The position numbers and the translations under genes are program-made. Below, in pieces: positions 15,656-29,242 of a stretch of 64,000 bases of DNA. The DNA is taken from NCBI RefSeq assembly GCF_009914755.1, contig NC_060942.1; one strand, written 5' to 3'. The notes under the pieces are model-generated. The model had not been told where the DNA came from, did no database searches, and saw only the letters and a list, made by a program, of their open reading frames with translations. This stretch comes from the human T2T-CHM13v2.0 reference genome, Homo sapiens. Numbering within the stretch: the first letter of the stretch is position 1; every line of letters starts with the position of its first letter.

Positions 15656-17079
15656 TAATACGAAAGTACAAAATAGTCAGCTTATCATTAGACTTCCTAA
15701 ATGTTTACATTAAAACATGTTCCACCCAATATGACAGACCAAAAAGTGTGTATATAAGATTAAAATGAAGAGAATGTATTAGAGAAAAAGTTCAGAATTG
15801 AATTATTAACACTCAAGGGTTATGTCACAATGCCTGTAAAGCCCAAGCCAGTGATGGTTTGCATATCTGAACGTCATAACACATTCCTTTAGCAAATGTA
15901 TTTGTGTTTGAATTAACATATCTTTTTCCATGAACATAGCTACATTTATTTCCAGAAAACATGTTGATTTGCCCTGTTTCAGTTTAACAGAGAAGTAGAT
16001 TTGAAGATTTTACTATTTCCTTTATCCAAGATAATTCTCACCCAAAATTGGATGATGTAAAAGTTTGTCACAATAAGATGTATAGAGTAAAATCTAAAAG
16101 CCATCTAAAGTGCTAACATTCTTTCTCAAAAATATTAAGTATGTTAAAGAGTATGAAAAATAATGAATTTATCTTCTTATGAAACACTAGCTTCAAAGAC
16201 TTTTGCATTTATTCTGTGCTACTTTCAGAAACACTGAAATATTGCTTATAAATATAGATTGTTGCTTTTCACTGCTTTGCTATTAGTTCTAATTTAAGAT
16301 AATTTTGTATGACTAAATCGCTTTTTAGTCAATTTTGAAACCATGTTTCATAATTTCCTTTATTCTTATTCTAAGCTACCTGACTTTTTTTCTTTCCTAC
16401 CTAAGCTTCGTGCTTTTGGCAATCACTCAACCGCAAATGAATGCTAACTTACTTTAACCCCCTTTATTATAGCCTTAAAAAAGCAGTGTCTAGATTTTTT
16501 TCTTTAAATAATTAAATCATTAATAAACTTGCATTTAATATTCTATGTGTATTTTTCCCCCTTAAGTCAAACAATTAAGCAGGAAAAAAACTAGCAAAGT
16601 CTCTTATAAAAGGCTGATTAAATTTTTCTCTATCTCCATCCTTTTATACTGATATGGACATATCAATATTATGTGTGCTATAACAAAATGTATTCATTTC
16701 CTGCAAACAGACTAACTTACAAATACTAATGAAAACTTACAAGTCATGATGTTCAGGAAGTCACCCAGCCTCCCTCAGTGAAACTCAATGAGGATGGTAA
16801 TCCCTGAATTAAATCGAAAACAGGATGGTAATCCCTGAACAAGTCATCAAATGATTGTGCATGAATGTCGATGTAATGCATGTTGAAATCCTAGTAACAC
16901 AAAAATCTTCTAACTATATATCTATTAAAATAATCCCCCATATATTAATTTGTCTTGAGGACAGTATCTTATGTTCTCCAGCTTTTTTTTTCTGCTGTTT
17001 TGCATAGTGCTTAGTACAATAAGTAACTTTGTCAATGACAATTTCATCTTTGTATGGGCTTTATCATTTTCATGTCATG

Positions 17080-17410
17080 CTCTTTCTCCCCAACTCTTGA
17101 TTTGATTTGGCTCAACTCTTAGTCATCTGGGAACTCAGCTTAAATTTCAGTCCTTTTGACAACCTCCTTGAGTTCTCAGACTAGATTAGGTCCCACTGGT
17201 GTGCAGTGTCATAATACTCTGTAAATGTCCTTATGGTACTTATCAGAGTGGGAATCAGTAGATTACTTGTGTATATATTTTAACATTTTCTTGAACTCTC
17301 ACATGTGAAGTTTATAGCGCACCTTATGACTGCCATCTCTACGGCTCTAATTTCTAATAAAATAATTATTCAATATATATTGTTTGGCCTGATGAATGAG
17401 TAAATGACAT
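17080..17410 (+). mobile_element. L2 LINE 3' fragment
   Basis: CTCAGCTTAAATTTCAG..CTAGATTAGGTCCC.. and TGATGAATGAGTAAATGA-type tail. Confidence 0.6.
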
Positions 17411-18508
17411 GTTATTCAGCAAAAGAAGAAAGAAAAATGTTGAGCCTAATATTTTAATGGTGTATTTATTACAGACAACTTAATCCACTCGAGTTACTTT
17501 AAGCATATATGGATTTATTTAGGGTTATTAAATAGCTGACCAAAGTAGTGAGAGGTCTAGAGAAATGGGGCTGGAGCTTTCAGGAACAACTTCACCCATC
17601 AAATATTTAGAACTGGCTGGAGCTGCTTCCATGTACCACCAGAACCTAAGCCACACTGTTGAACTGTACTCATTAGAAATATGCCACTGCATCCCCCCAG
17701 AGAACCACAACACCCATTCTAGCCTTGTAGGTGACAGTTCCTTCACACAGTTTTCTTCTTTAGTTGAAATAGTATGTATTCTATGTTGGTAAAGGACTTT
17801 GCTCATGCTCAAAGCTGAATATAACATTTCTGTCTTAGAGTTGATTGTTGTTGAGCCAGCAGACTTTACAAGACTGTGGGTTTGATGAAACCCATGATGA
17901 GATGACTTGACCACATGTCCCATAGTCAGGTGCTCATTTCTAATCAGTCTGAGCGGCATGTCAGACATGTTTGGCACTCTCTACCACACATGGCATTGCC
18001 TTGCTTTAAAACCTATACTTCTAGATTCTGATTGTATTTTGGGAAAATTGCCCAATATTCACATAGCGAAATTTCCCTCCGAAGGTACCTCTGAAGACAT
18101 AGGGTCTAACGTCATGAGCTGGGTTATATGGTACAAGCAGACAGCTACAGCAGAGAGCTCTCCTGCTGCAATACTTCTTTATCTCCCATTAGAATTCCCA
18201 GATCCTAAAGAAGCATAAAGACACTGTGTTTATTCTTAGTGGTGAAAGGGGTGAGATGTAATAATTCATCCTTTATTTGAAGGAGATGCTCTGGCATAAC
18301 CAAGACCACTGGACTTCACTTATGTTGCAAATCCCTAAGTCAGTAATGAGTTAATCTTCCAGCCTTCTATATTTCATGTGTCTAACCAAAGCCTCCAATT
18401 CATTTGCCATTTCATGATCAACAGGTCCTGTAAACATGATGTCACTGATAGAGTTGGCAAAGAGATATTTTCTGGACTATACAGGTGATCTAGGTCCCTT
18501 TAAATTAT

Positions 18509-19199
<691 letters not shown>

Positions 19200-20971
19200 A
19201 TTGTATGAAGACAGCAGACAGGAAAGTGATAGCACTTGGGCTAAGATCATAAATATATACTACTGTCTACATTTGTCCAATGTGAAAGAACTGTTTCTGG
19301 TCCTTCTTCCTTATAAGGATAGAAAAATAAATATATTTGCTAGATGGACAATCTCGAACTATGTACTTGAGGATGTATTAATCTGTACTAGAAAATATAT
19401 TACATCTAGAAGAATGGCTGAAATGTGGGTGAATTTTTGATAGTTTATTAAGTCAACCTCTAAGATCTGCCTTGTTTTTGTAGGGGCCAGACTGATGTTT
19501 TAATGGGATATGGTGGATCCACCTCTGCATGTTTGGGTCTTTAAGTGTGTAATCAATCTTGGCCACTCACCCTAGGTTGTAATATTGCTTTGGTTTAATA
19601 TCTTAATTAGGAGTTGGGGTGGGGAGGTTTCAGAACCTTTACCTGGGGCTTCCCCCACTGCAATTGCTATTAACTCAACTCTCTGGAAGGCCCATTCCAA
19701 GTATACATTGAGGCATCTGACAAAACCCCACTGTGAGTCATACCTAGGTTAGGATCCCATTTATTTCTTTCCCCCAATCTGCTCCACTGAAACCAAAACA
19801 CCTCTGTAAAGATTTGGGTTTCCAAGTATCTACTTGAATCCTGTGTGAAACAGCCTTTGAAATATTTTGATATACTCCCTTTCTTCAGTGTAATGCCACC
19901 TAAAGAAATGGTGTTGGTGTAGGATCTTTTGGGGGGAAGGTCTGGAGAGCCCACTACAGTCCGCAACTGCTAAGGTGTTGCTGAGTGATTCCCCCTGGGA
20001 ACCCAGTTTGTCCTTTACTCGGTAGATTCAGGTATCAGTCTTGACTCAGGTCCGGAAACTGTGCAAAAGACTGAGACTTTCTATTTTTGTGGCCATTTCC
20101 AGCCTCACAATTATCTATTTTTATGTCTTTCAATTGTATAGATTAATAAATACCTTGTTGGCTGTCCATATTGCTTACTTTGGAAATTACAAATCATCAG
20201 CTTGTTGAGGCCTGTCCTGATGGCTTATGATGACATCTGCACTTCCCTGGTTTCTGAGAGTTGAACACTACCCCCTGACGTCTCCTATCTTAGACTCCTA
20301 TCAAGCTCACTGCTATCAGAAAACCAAGCTGTGTAATAGAACCTCCTACGGACAGTCATTAGGGACAGCATCCCTCTTAACAAAGCTGATTCTGTTCTTG
20401 TCTACACTTTCTTTTCCCCTAAGGTACAAAGAAAGGTAGGTGTCCTACCTTTGAGGTGTCCCCTAAGCCCTCTCAGAGACCATAGTCAGCTGATGGGGCC
20501 TCTCATCTTATGCAGAATATCTACTCTACCACACTCACTTTGTATCTTTTAATTCCTTTGGTGTTCTTTTCCTTAGCAGTCTGCCATTTTTAATTCACTT
20601 AGTACAAGCCAATGTTTTTTCCATCTTCAAAGAGCAAATTTAAAGTTTGATAACATTATATCTCTGAGTTATTGCCAGAGCATTAAATCCTGTATTATAG
20701 AAAATTTCTCCTTTGTCAATCAGTTTCCCCTGATCCAACATTCAGTACTCTCAGGATCCAGTTCCATACCTCCTCTTCTGGCTCCTACTGTTACATGTAT
20801 AGGCTGTCCTGAAGCTCCTTTGGTGTATAATCCGTTTTATCCCTCAGCAGGCCCAGAACTTCCCTGGTGAGGTTATGTTATGGCTTAACCCTAGTTTTTG
20901 GTCTGAAGGAGAGAAGGAAGTAGATATTGCAGTAGGATGGGATGTGTTCTCATGTAATGTGTAAGGAAGCA

Positions 20972-21272
<301 letters not shown>

Positions 21273-21338
21273 GGAAGCTGAGGAGAGTGCTAAGCTACTT
21301 CTGCAGCATTGTTTTATTTAAGAGTAAGCTTCCTGAGA

Positions 21339-21353
21339 CCACTCTTGGTACCA
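21339..21353 (-). other. Retroviral primer-binding site, tRNA-Leu(TAA)-type
   Basis: Reverse complement TGGTACCAAGAGTGG vs expected TGGTACCAGGAGTGG, directly adjacent to the LTR boundary. Confidence 0.7.
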
Positions 21354-21358
21354 AATTT

Positions 21359-21790
21359 CATTTATTAGGTTCCCTGAGAAATAGACTGTAAGATCTGAGA
21401 TCTGCATGTAGGAATTTTATCAAATCATGTTCCTTAAGACAACACAGTCTAGTGTTTAGAGAAACAAGCATGAGCAGACAGAGAAGTTGAACTGAGAAGC
21501 CATGCAACAGAAGCCTCAGCTATTTCTATAGGAAGGCCCTGGAACTAGAAAGGCCCTTCGGAATTGCCCCAGGAAGTAAGGGTACCTGGCTATCCATCCG
21601 TACATCAGTCATTGGATGCAGCCTGCCCTGGAAAAAGGCTTAAGACAAAACCTTGTGTGAGGCAGCTCACTTTAGCTGAAGTTAATTTCTAAAGTAGGCT
21701 TTATCTGTGAGCTATCAGAAGTCATCTGTCTGGCAGCTGGAGTAATGAGCTCTTTTGTCCAGAAGGGAGACCTAGAGCCCCAGCGTTTGT
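21359..21790 (-). mobile_element. LTR16-like ERVL LTR (5' LTR of the provirus)
   Basis: TTAGGTTCCCTGAGAAATAGACTG..; GAAGCCTCAGC..CTGGAACTAG..; ATCAGTCATTGGATGCAGCCTGCCCTG resemble the LTR16 family. Confidence 0.7.
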
Positions 21791-22729
21791 TGAAGTTCAT
21801 ATGTTCATGTGTTTCACTTGGAAATTATATGAAATTTTTCTTATAATATTGAGTTTAAAATATTGACCAAAGTACTTCCCTTAGTGAATGAATAAACTGG
21901 CCATAGTTTGATTTCCAAGCTTTGATCCTCCATTAGAATACTCGGCAACAAGTACCTCAGTAGTTTCCTGTTTTACAAACAATGAATAACTACTACTTCA
22001 TTTAAAATAATACATTAAAAACTTCCAGTAAAAGGGCAGGTTATAAAATAATATACATCATGTAATATGATCAAGAAATAAAGTAGTATCTTTCAACATA
22101 AATATTTCTGTTATAACATTGTAACTAGAGAAAATAAGACTGGTTAAAAAGGTGGAACTCATTAAACTTAAGATGGTGAAAGAAAGATATTTTAGGTTAT
22201 GAAGAATAAGTAAAAATATTAGAGGGTTATATGTGCTTTGAAATGCTGGTATCTGGAGCTTTTTGCCTATTTAAAGCAACAGTTCATTACTCAGATAATG
22301 TGGACAGCAATAAAGAACTATTTGTATTTGAAATAATGAAACAATGGAGAATAAAGCCTCTGATGAATGCACAGATGCAAAGAGTTCATGAAAAATGCCA
22401 ACAGTGACATGCAACATGGTTTTATTATATTATCTTATTTTTTCTGATTAAATAGGAATCCATTTTTATGACATTATATGGGTGTGTGTGTTTTTGTGTG
22501 TGTATACACACATTATAGAAATACATAAAATGGAAAGGTAAAGGGTTATTATCCTAGAATTCAAATATAAGTACGTTTTTCTTCATGTTTTTCTTCTTTT
22601 TACATGCAGTAATGTGCATCAATCGTTTTATTTTTTATACAACAAAGGTCATCACAAAGGAAGATGGAAAATTTAACTTGTAAAAAAATGCCAAAAAAAT
22701 CAACTTAAAATGGAAAAACATATGTATTG

Positions 22730-22960
22730 TTCAAAATACTGGGCTAGGGACAGATTGCCTGGGTTGAAGTCCAGGCACCAATTACTAGCAACTCTGATTA
22801 CTCAAGACAAGTTACCTAACTTCATATTACTTTATGTAAATTAGTAAAATAATTGTAGACACCTCATTAGTTTGACATGATGGATAACTAAAGTACTAAT
22901 GTACAGCATCTGAACATGGTAACACTTAAGTAAATTGTATTATTGTTAGTATTGTCATTA
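22730..22960 (+). mobile_element. MIR SINE
   Basis: CAGATTGCCTGGGTTGAAGTCCAGGC..ACAAGTTACCTAACTTC.. Confidence 0.7.
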
Positions 22961-23157
22961 TTAAAATTAGTGAAATATAATGGAGTTTGCTAATCAGTTT
23001 AGAACAAAGACACAACACAAACTACCAATAAGAAAGAGGACAATGGATAAGGACAGAGAATTCACTGAAGAAATAAAGACAGAGAATGAAAGTATCAAAA
23101 ATGATGAATCTCAGTAGTTATCAAAGACCTAAAATTAAAAATAGTTAGTATATTTCA

Positions 23158-23475
23158 TTTATTTATTTATTTATTTATTTATTTATTATTATTTTGAGAC
23201 AGGGTTTTGCTCTGTCGCCCAGGCTGGAGTACAGTGGCGCAATCTTGGCTCACTGCAACGTCCATCTCCTGGGTTCAAGCGATTCTCTTGCCTCAGCCTC
23301 CTGAGTAGCTGGGATTACAGGCACGCACCACTATGCCCGGCTAATTTTTGTATTTTTAGTAGAGATGGGGTATCACCATGTTGGTCAGGCTGGTCTCGAA
23401 CTCCTGACCTCGTGATCCACCCGCCTCAGCCTCCCAAAGTGCTGGGATTACAGGCGTGAGCCACCGCACCCAGCC
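23158..23475 (-). mobile_element. AluS (Sg/Sc-like) with (ATTT)n tail
   Basis: Full antisense dimer. Confidence 0.97.
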
Positions 23476-23569
23476 CATTTCTTTTATTTTTAATGATACA
23501 CAACTCATATATCCAGAGTAGGTGAGCCTGTGAGAAAAAAATGTTCACTTTCCTTCTAAGTTTTAGGCA

Positions 23570-24088
23570 CAGTAGTCCCCCTTTTTCAGTGGTTTTGATT
23601 CTCATGGTTTCAGTTACCTGCAGTCTGAAAATAAATGGAAAATTCCAGAAATAAACAATCCATAAGTTTTAAATTATGCACCCTTCTGAGTAGTGTAATA
23701 AAATCTCCCGCCATCCTGCCTGAGACATGAATCATTCTTTGTCCAGCGTGTCCACTCTCTGCACACTACCCACCCATTAGTTACTTTGAAGCCGGCTCAG
23801 TTATCAGATGACAAGTAAAAAGAGGGTGAAAGCAGTTACCAGACGATATTTTGAGAGAGAGAGACAGAGAGACCACATTCACATAACTTTTGTTCCAGTA
23901 TGTTGTTATAATTGTTCAATTTTTATTACTTATTGTTGTTAATCTCTTACTATGCCTAATTTATACTTTAAATTTTGTCATAGCAGAAAGCATGGCATAT
24001 ATAGGGTTTTGTACCATTCAAAGTTTTCAGCATTCACTGGAGGTCTTGGGACATAACCCCCACAGCCACAGATAAGGGGAGACTACTG
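23570..24088 (+). mobile_element. MER44 (Tigger7-derived non-autonomous DNA transposon)
   Basis: TIRs CAGTAGTCCCCC...GGGAGACTACTG followed by TA; internal AAATGGAAAATTCCAGAAATAAACAAT. Confidence 0.9.
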
Positions 24089-24502
24089 TATTTAAATTGG
24101 TACAACAGAGCAAAGGATACTGAGAATATTCAAGAACAGGGAACATACAGACACTGACCAATCAAAACAGAAAAAGGTGTTGCACTGCAGCAGGGCCCTT
24201 AGGTAACAGGCTTGCTCCTCAGGTTAGTGTTCAACCTTTAGTTTTCAGTTCATGAGGACTTGCAGGGGTCTCTGGGAAGAAATGGGGCAGGTAGAAGGTG
24301 GGGGTGGAGGTGGGGGTTGCATTGGCAAACAGAGCTGTTGGTATGATGACTCTATCAATAGTTAGGATTCTATTTCAGGATCTTAATAATATTGTGACTG
24401 AACCAGATATCAGCCCTAAGTGGGAACAACTTTTACTGAAGACAATTTAAAAATATGTATTCGAATTAAAAGTGCTTCTATCCCTTGGTCTAGTAATTCC
24501 AC

Positions 24503-24620
24503 TCATTCACATATTCTATGAATATTACTTTAGCGTACTATATCTCAAGCCCTGCCTAGTCACAGGGGATAAAAATAGGAGCAAAGCAAACATGGCTGGA
24601 GAGATCATGGAGTTTAGACT
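24503..24620 (-). mobile_element. L2 3' end fragment
   Basis: ATTCACATATT..TTTAGCGTACTATATCTCAAGCCCTGCCTAG..CATGGAGTTTAGACT. Confidence 0.5.
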
Positions 24621-24919
24621 GTTAGGAATTTATCTTAAAGAATGGCTTCAAATATGTGAATCCATAGATTGCCAAGGACAATCAGTGCAGCACTATGGCA
24701 AATTGCAAATGATAAATAATAAAAACGAAAGAAAGGAAAAAAGAAATAACATGAAATAACAGGAATGCCTCTTCAAAGATGGATGGCTATATAACTTTGA
24801 CATGTTAATACAACTGACTATGGTGTGGCCATTGAAAAGAATTTGAATTAATATGTACTGACATGGAAATGTCAAAAATATATGAAGCGTGCCAACTCCA
24901 TTCATTTTCTAATAGAAGT

Positions 24920-25310
24920 ATTAAAAAATTACTTTACATACAGTGAAATGGATATATTTCTTGGTGGACAACTTGATTTGTTTTAACAAATGCAAGTATA
25001 AGCACACGTGTAAGCCCATACTTCTATCAAGGTATCAAATAGTACCATCACACCAGAAAGGACCCTTGGGCCTCTTTGCAGTCAATCCCAGAAGCATCCA
25101 CTGATCTAATATCTAGGGCAAGGGATTACTTTTTATTCTTCTACAACTTCACGTAAATGGAACCATATAGTATGTTATCTTTTGTGTCTCACTATTTTCA
25201 CTCAGTATATTGTTTTTGAGTTTCATTCATGTTGTTACATGCATCAGCAGTGCAAGTCTGTTTATTGCTGAGTAATAGCACATCCAATTCTGTATTCATT
25301 TATTTTTGTA
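24920..25310 (-). mobile_element. L1MD/L1ME 3' end
   Basis: TTTACATACAGTGAAATG..ACCATCACACCAGAAAG..TAAATGGAACCATATAGTATG..TTCACTCAGTATATTGTTTTTGAG. Confidence 0.75.
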
Positions 25311-25465
25311 ACACAGCTTTAATACAAATTCTTCTTGCTCAGTGAAACTCCCTACTGTTTCATCTTAATACTTCCACTTAATAATTACGTCTTTCTAGCT
25401 TCTTTCATACTCTCCAAATCATAATTTCAGATACTATCTCATTATATAAATTTATTAATTTGATA

Positions 25466-26598
25466 AAAAATATAAGAAACGTCACATTTTGCTAAGAAAA
25501 CAATTTTAAAATTATAAACCATTTATCCATTCTTATATTTTAATAAACCTGCATTTTATAAATCATTATAAAATATAATACCAAAATTAAAAAGGGAAAA
25601 AGTACAATTACTAAAAAGTAATCACTTTGAATAAGTTCCCATTCCATGCGCCCTAAACATTCTGTTTTCTAGAAACCCACATGTAGCATCGTTTGCTTAG
25701 CTGACCTGAAGTTATTGTGACCTCAGCTTTGTTTGATCTTATATGTCATTTACATTTTCCCTTCAGATAATCCACCACAGTTTAAAAATATTTTTTAAAT
25801 TTGTTTATTTTGAATTTTATTTGAGTAGTAACTGAAAATAAAGCAAATATATTCTTTCAGTAACAGGTTGGTCAGAATCACAACTTACCAGAGAACCCTT
25901 CTGATACCTCAGTCTAAGAAGGTGCATCCTGCAAAGCTGGTAAGTGCACAGCAGTGGTACAAAGCACACGGATAGGATTCAGAGGAAATGAAAGTAAAGC
26001 TTCCTGGAATGCGGTGTCTCTGTTCTGAACAAGTTATACTCATGGGAGAGCAAAACCTTGTCTCCCCCACTTTATGAACCGATCATCTTTCAAAATAAGT
26101 GATTCTAGGACCTTTTAAAACATCACCAATATTGTCTCTGGTAGATTTGTATCAAGCAAGAGTAGCAATAGTAAATAATAAACAGATTTGACACAAAACT
26201 AAAATTGCTCATATTAGACCACTGCAAGCGAATCTGTGCAAAATGACTTTAAGGAGTAACTAATCAGATCTTCATGCCTAGCAGATTTCTACTACTGAAA
26301 ACAAAAACAATAGGGACAGCAACAAAACTCTCGATGTTCTCTGACAATATGACTGATTGTGCACAGGTCTTTTATCTTTAAAAGAGTAAATTGTCTGAAT
26401 GGCCTTTATCTGAGTGTGAGAAGTAGTGAAAAACACCCAATGTTAGAGGAAAAATATAAGGAACACCATGTTTTGCTAAGAAAACAATTTTAAAATTCTA
26501 AACCATTTATCCATTATTGCATTGTAGTACATCTGTATTTTATAAACCATTACATAATACTAAAATTAAAAAAGGAGAAAAGTAGAATTACTTAAGTA
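25466..26598 (+). repeat. ~150-bp diverged direct duplication (25466-25621 and 26450-26598)
   Basis: Shared TTTTGCTAAGAAAACAATTTTAAAATT(A/C)TAAACCATTTATCCATT and similar flanks. Confidence 0.9.
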
Positions 26599-27225
26599 AG
26601 ATTCAAAATAATTTAATATCCACAAGGAGAATAAAATGGATAATAAATCCTTCAACACACAAAACTGCTCACAGAGCTTAGATGGCACTGCATATGATCC
26701 TGAAAATATTATACAAGAAAATAATCTGAGTGTTAAGTTTCTACTCTTATAAAACAGTATATATTCAGTGTCTTTCTTTAATGAAATAGAGATCCCCTAA
26801 ACTAACTGTGTTGTTGAGGATTAAGCCAGGAAAACAGAAGCCATTCTGCATACTTTCAGAAAAAACAAATGTTTTAATGCATGAAATGGAACCTTAGAAA
26901 ATCACTGAATGTTTCAGGAGCAAAGGCCTCTGATGACTGCCTCAGCTGTCCAGAGCAACAGAGATTCTGTCGCCACAGATCATAGCTGCTGCTTCTGTTA
27001 TTTCTCCCAAATTTTGTGTAAATATCTGTCATTGGCAGAGTCTAATTCAAAACCATATAGGAAAAAGATTTTTTGAGATGCAAAGAAAAGTGCAGGGTAA
27101 AGTGGCAACAATTCTAGGTTAGTATGAGACAACATTGTAAAATATTATTTGGCTACATCATCACATATACATTAACTCAACATAATTATGAAATAATACT
27201 AATGTGGCCTAGAGGGTTTATGTTT

Positions 27226-27440
27226 TTCATTCATTTAGCATCTGCCATGTGTCAGTCCTGGGCTTGATTCTGGGCATCAATATTGACAATACACAAAGCC
27301 ATTGTTGTAATAGAGAGGAATCTAATGTTATTTCATAATCACACAAATAAATGGAAGCGCATAATTGTGGTACCATCCTGCAATGAGAGAATTTGAAATG
27401 ATAGCAAAATATCAGAGGAGTCAAGGAAGACAAATTCAAC
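27226..27440 (-). mobile_element. L2 3' end
   Basis: TCATTCATTTAGCATCTGCCATGTGTCAGTCCTGGGCT..CTGGGCATC. Confidence 0.65.
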
Positions 27441-27879
27441 AACAGAGATTAACAGTCAATTAGTGATATCACAGATTTGAAAGAAGTTTAGATAATATAA
27501 AATTAAACCTAACAAGCAAACATAGAAGAGATAAACCTCCTAAAAGTACAGTGGAATGATTTTATAAATTAAGCACATTTCCCAATAATATGTGATATAA
27601 TGAGCAAATTGCTAAAATTTCAGTAAAAGTTTAGAATTTTCAATGTACTACACGTCAACACTTTCCTATCCTACCTTTCAACACATTTCTTTTTAACACA
27701 GCTGACAATGCTAAGTTTGTACACGTATGTCCTTGAAATGTCTGCCTCACTCATGTGTGCGAAGGCCTTTGAGTTGACATTTCAAGTTGTCTCAATGTAA
27801 TCACTCTTAAGTGTCTTTGGCCTTTCTCTTTTTTTTATTTTTCTACTCTCGATAAAAATGTCTTTAGTGTAGCAGTAGA

Positions 27880-28110
27880 AATGATAATGGTAATATTTAC
27901 TGACTGTTAGCAACAAGTCAGGGAATCTAAGCGCATCAATTCACAAAATCTTTGCCACCACTGTTTGAGATAGGAATAAATAGAAGAGATCGGATCTGAA
28001 TGCCAGCAGCTTGCCTTCGATCCCAGACACATCATACTCATGTTGTGCTGCCTCTGAGCTGGGAGCAGGGGAACGGAAATCATATGGCTTTCAAAAGGTG
28101 AGGTCTGTGT
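27880..28110 (-). mobile_element. MIR fragment
   Basis: ATAATGGTAATATTTACTGA..CCACTGTTTGAGATAGG. Confidence 0.5.
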
Positions 28111-28215
28111 CCCGCCATGATTCCATAATGTAGGCAATTAACTATCTTTAGGGCTCGCTGCACCAAGTACAATAGCTATCTTTATGCCTTGGCATTTGGA
28201 ATAGTGATAACTACT

Positions 28216-28700
28216 ATGTTTATTGCAGCATTATTTACAATAACAAAGCCTTGGAACCAATCCAAATGCCCATCAGTGATAGACTGGATAAAGAAAATGT
28301 GGCACACGTATGCCATGGAATACTACACAGCCATAAAAAAGAATGAGTTCACGTCCTTTGCAGGGACATGGATGAAGCTGGAAACCATCATTCTCAACAA
28401 ACTAACACAGGAACAGAAAACCAAACACTGCATGTTCCCACTCATAAGTGGGAGTTGAACAATGAGAACCTACAGACACAGGGAGGGGAACGTCACATAC
28501 CGGGGCATGTCAGGGAGTGGGGGAAAAGGGGAGGGAGGGCATTAGGACAAATACCTAATGCATGTGGGGCTTAAAACCTAGATGACGGGTTGATAGGTGC
28601 AGCAAACCACTATGGCACATGTATACCTATGTAACAAACCTTCACGTTCTGCACATGTATCCCAGAACTTAAAGTAAAATAAAAATAAATAGCTAAATAA
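28216..28700 (+). mobile_element. L1PA (L1PA7/8-like) short 3' fragment
   Basis: MFIAALFTI..WNQ ORF2 C-terminus; 3'UTR GGACAAATACCTAATGCATGTGGGGCTTAAAACCTAGATGACGGGTTGATAGGTGCAGC; A-tail; TSD-like AATAGT..AACTACT. Confidence 0.95.
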
Positions 28701-28774
28701 TTTACTAAAAATAGTTTAACTACTAAATATTTTAACTACTAAACTAATAGTTTAACTACTAAAAATAGCCAAAA

Positions 28775-28960
28775 ACTATTTTTATAGAGGTTTTACATCT
28801 CTCTCATTTAATCCTTAAGAATTCACCAGGTGAGAGAGAGAGAACTATGAAAATGGTTGTTTTATAGATTAAAAATACCAAGAGTCAATGATGCTAAGTT
28901 AGCCATCTAAGATCAATGACAGACATGGAATTCAAAAGCATGACTAACTGGTCCCAAAAC
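28775..28960 (-). mobile_element. MIR fragment
   Basis: CTCATTTAATCCTTAAGAA..TTTTATAGAT..AAGATCA. Confidence 0.55.
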
Positions 28961-29242
28961 TGGTTCCTAAGACTCAAGAGAAGATAAAGGTCTCTATACA
29001 GAAATGGTCACCCAAAAAATTGGTAAAATTTTGCTGCAGGACACATATAGAATTTAAAATTAACTGTGAAACATCAAAAGAAAATATTCTCGGCAAAACA
29101 AATCCAAGTAAAAGGTGAAAGATCAGTTAGCACCGCTTTCCTGTTGCTCCAGCTTTCTGCAAGGAATAGCTTGGCTGCCTGACCTGGGGATTCATCTCTG
29201 GAGGCCCAGACTCTTCAAGTTGTGAGAGACCCAAACATGGTT

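Larger units (their letters stand above)
22970..24900 (+). mobile_element. Fragmented L1ME-type 3' region, host to Alu, MER44, L2 and an unidentified insert
   Basis: AATGGATAAGGACAGAGAATTCACTGAAG; AAATTGGTACAAC/TTTTACTGAAGACAATTT; CTAGTAATTCCACTC/TAGGAATTTATCTTAAAG; ATATGTACTGACATGGAAA. Confidence 0.55.

Noticed and set aside
17528-18218. 149-aa and 103-aa ORFs as a possible novel gene
   Set aside because: Lie in decayed ERVL internal sequence; only short pol-like patches, no splice or promoter support.
26790-27100. Possible old LTR fragment
   Set aside because: Resemblance too weak to assign a family without a search.
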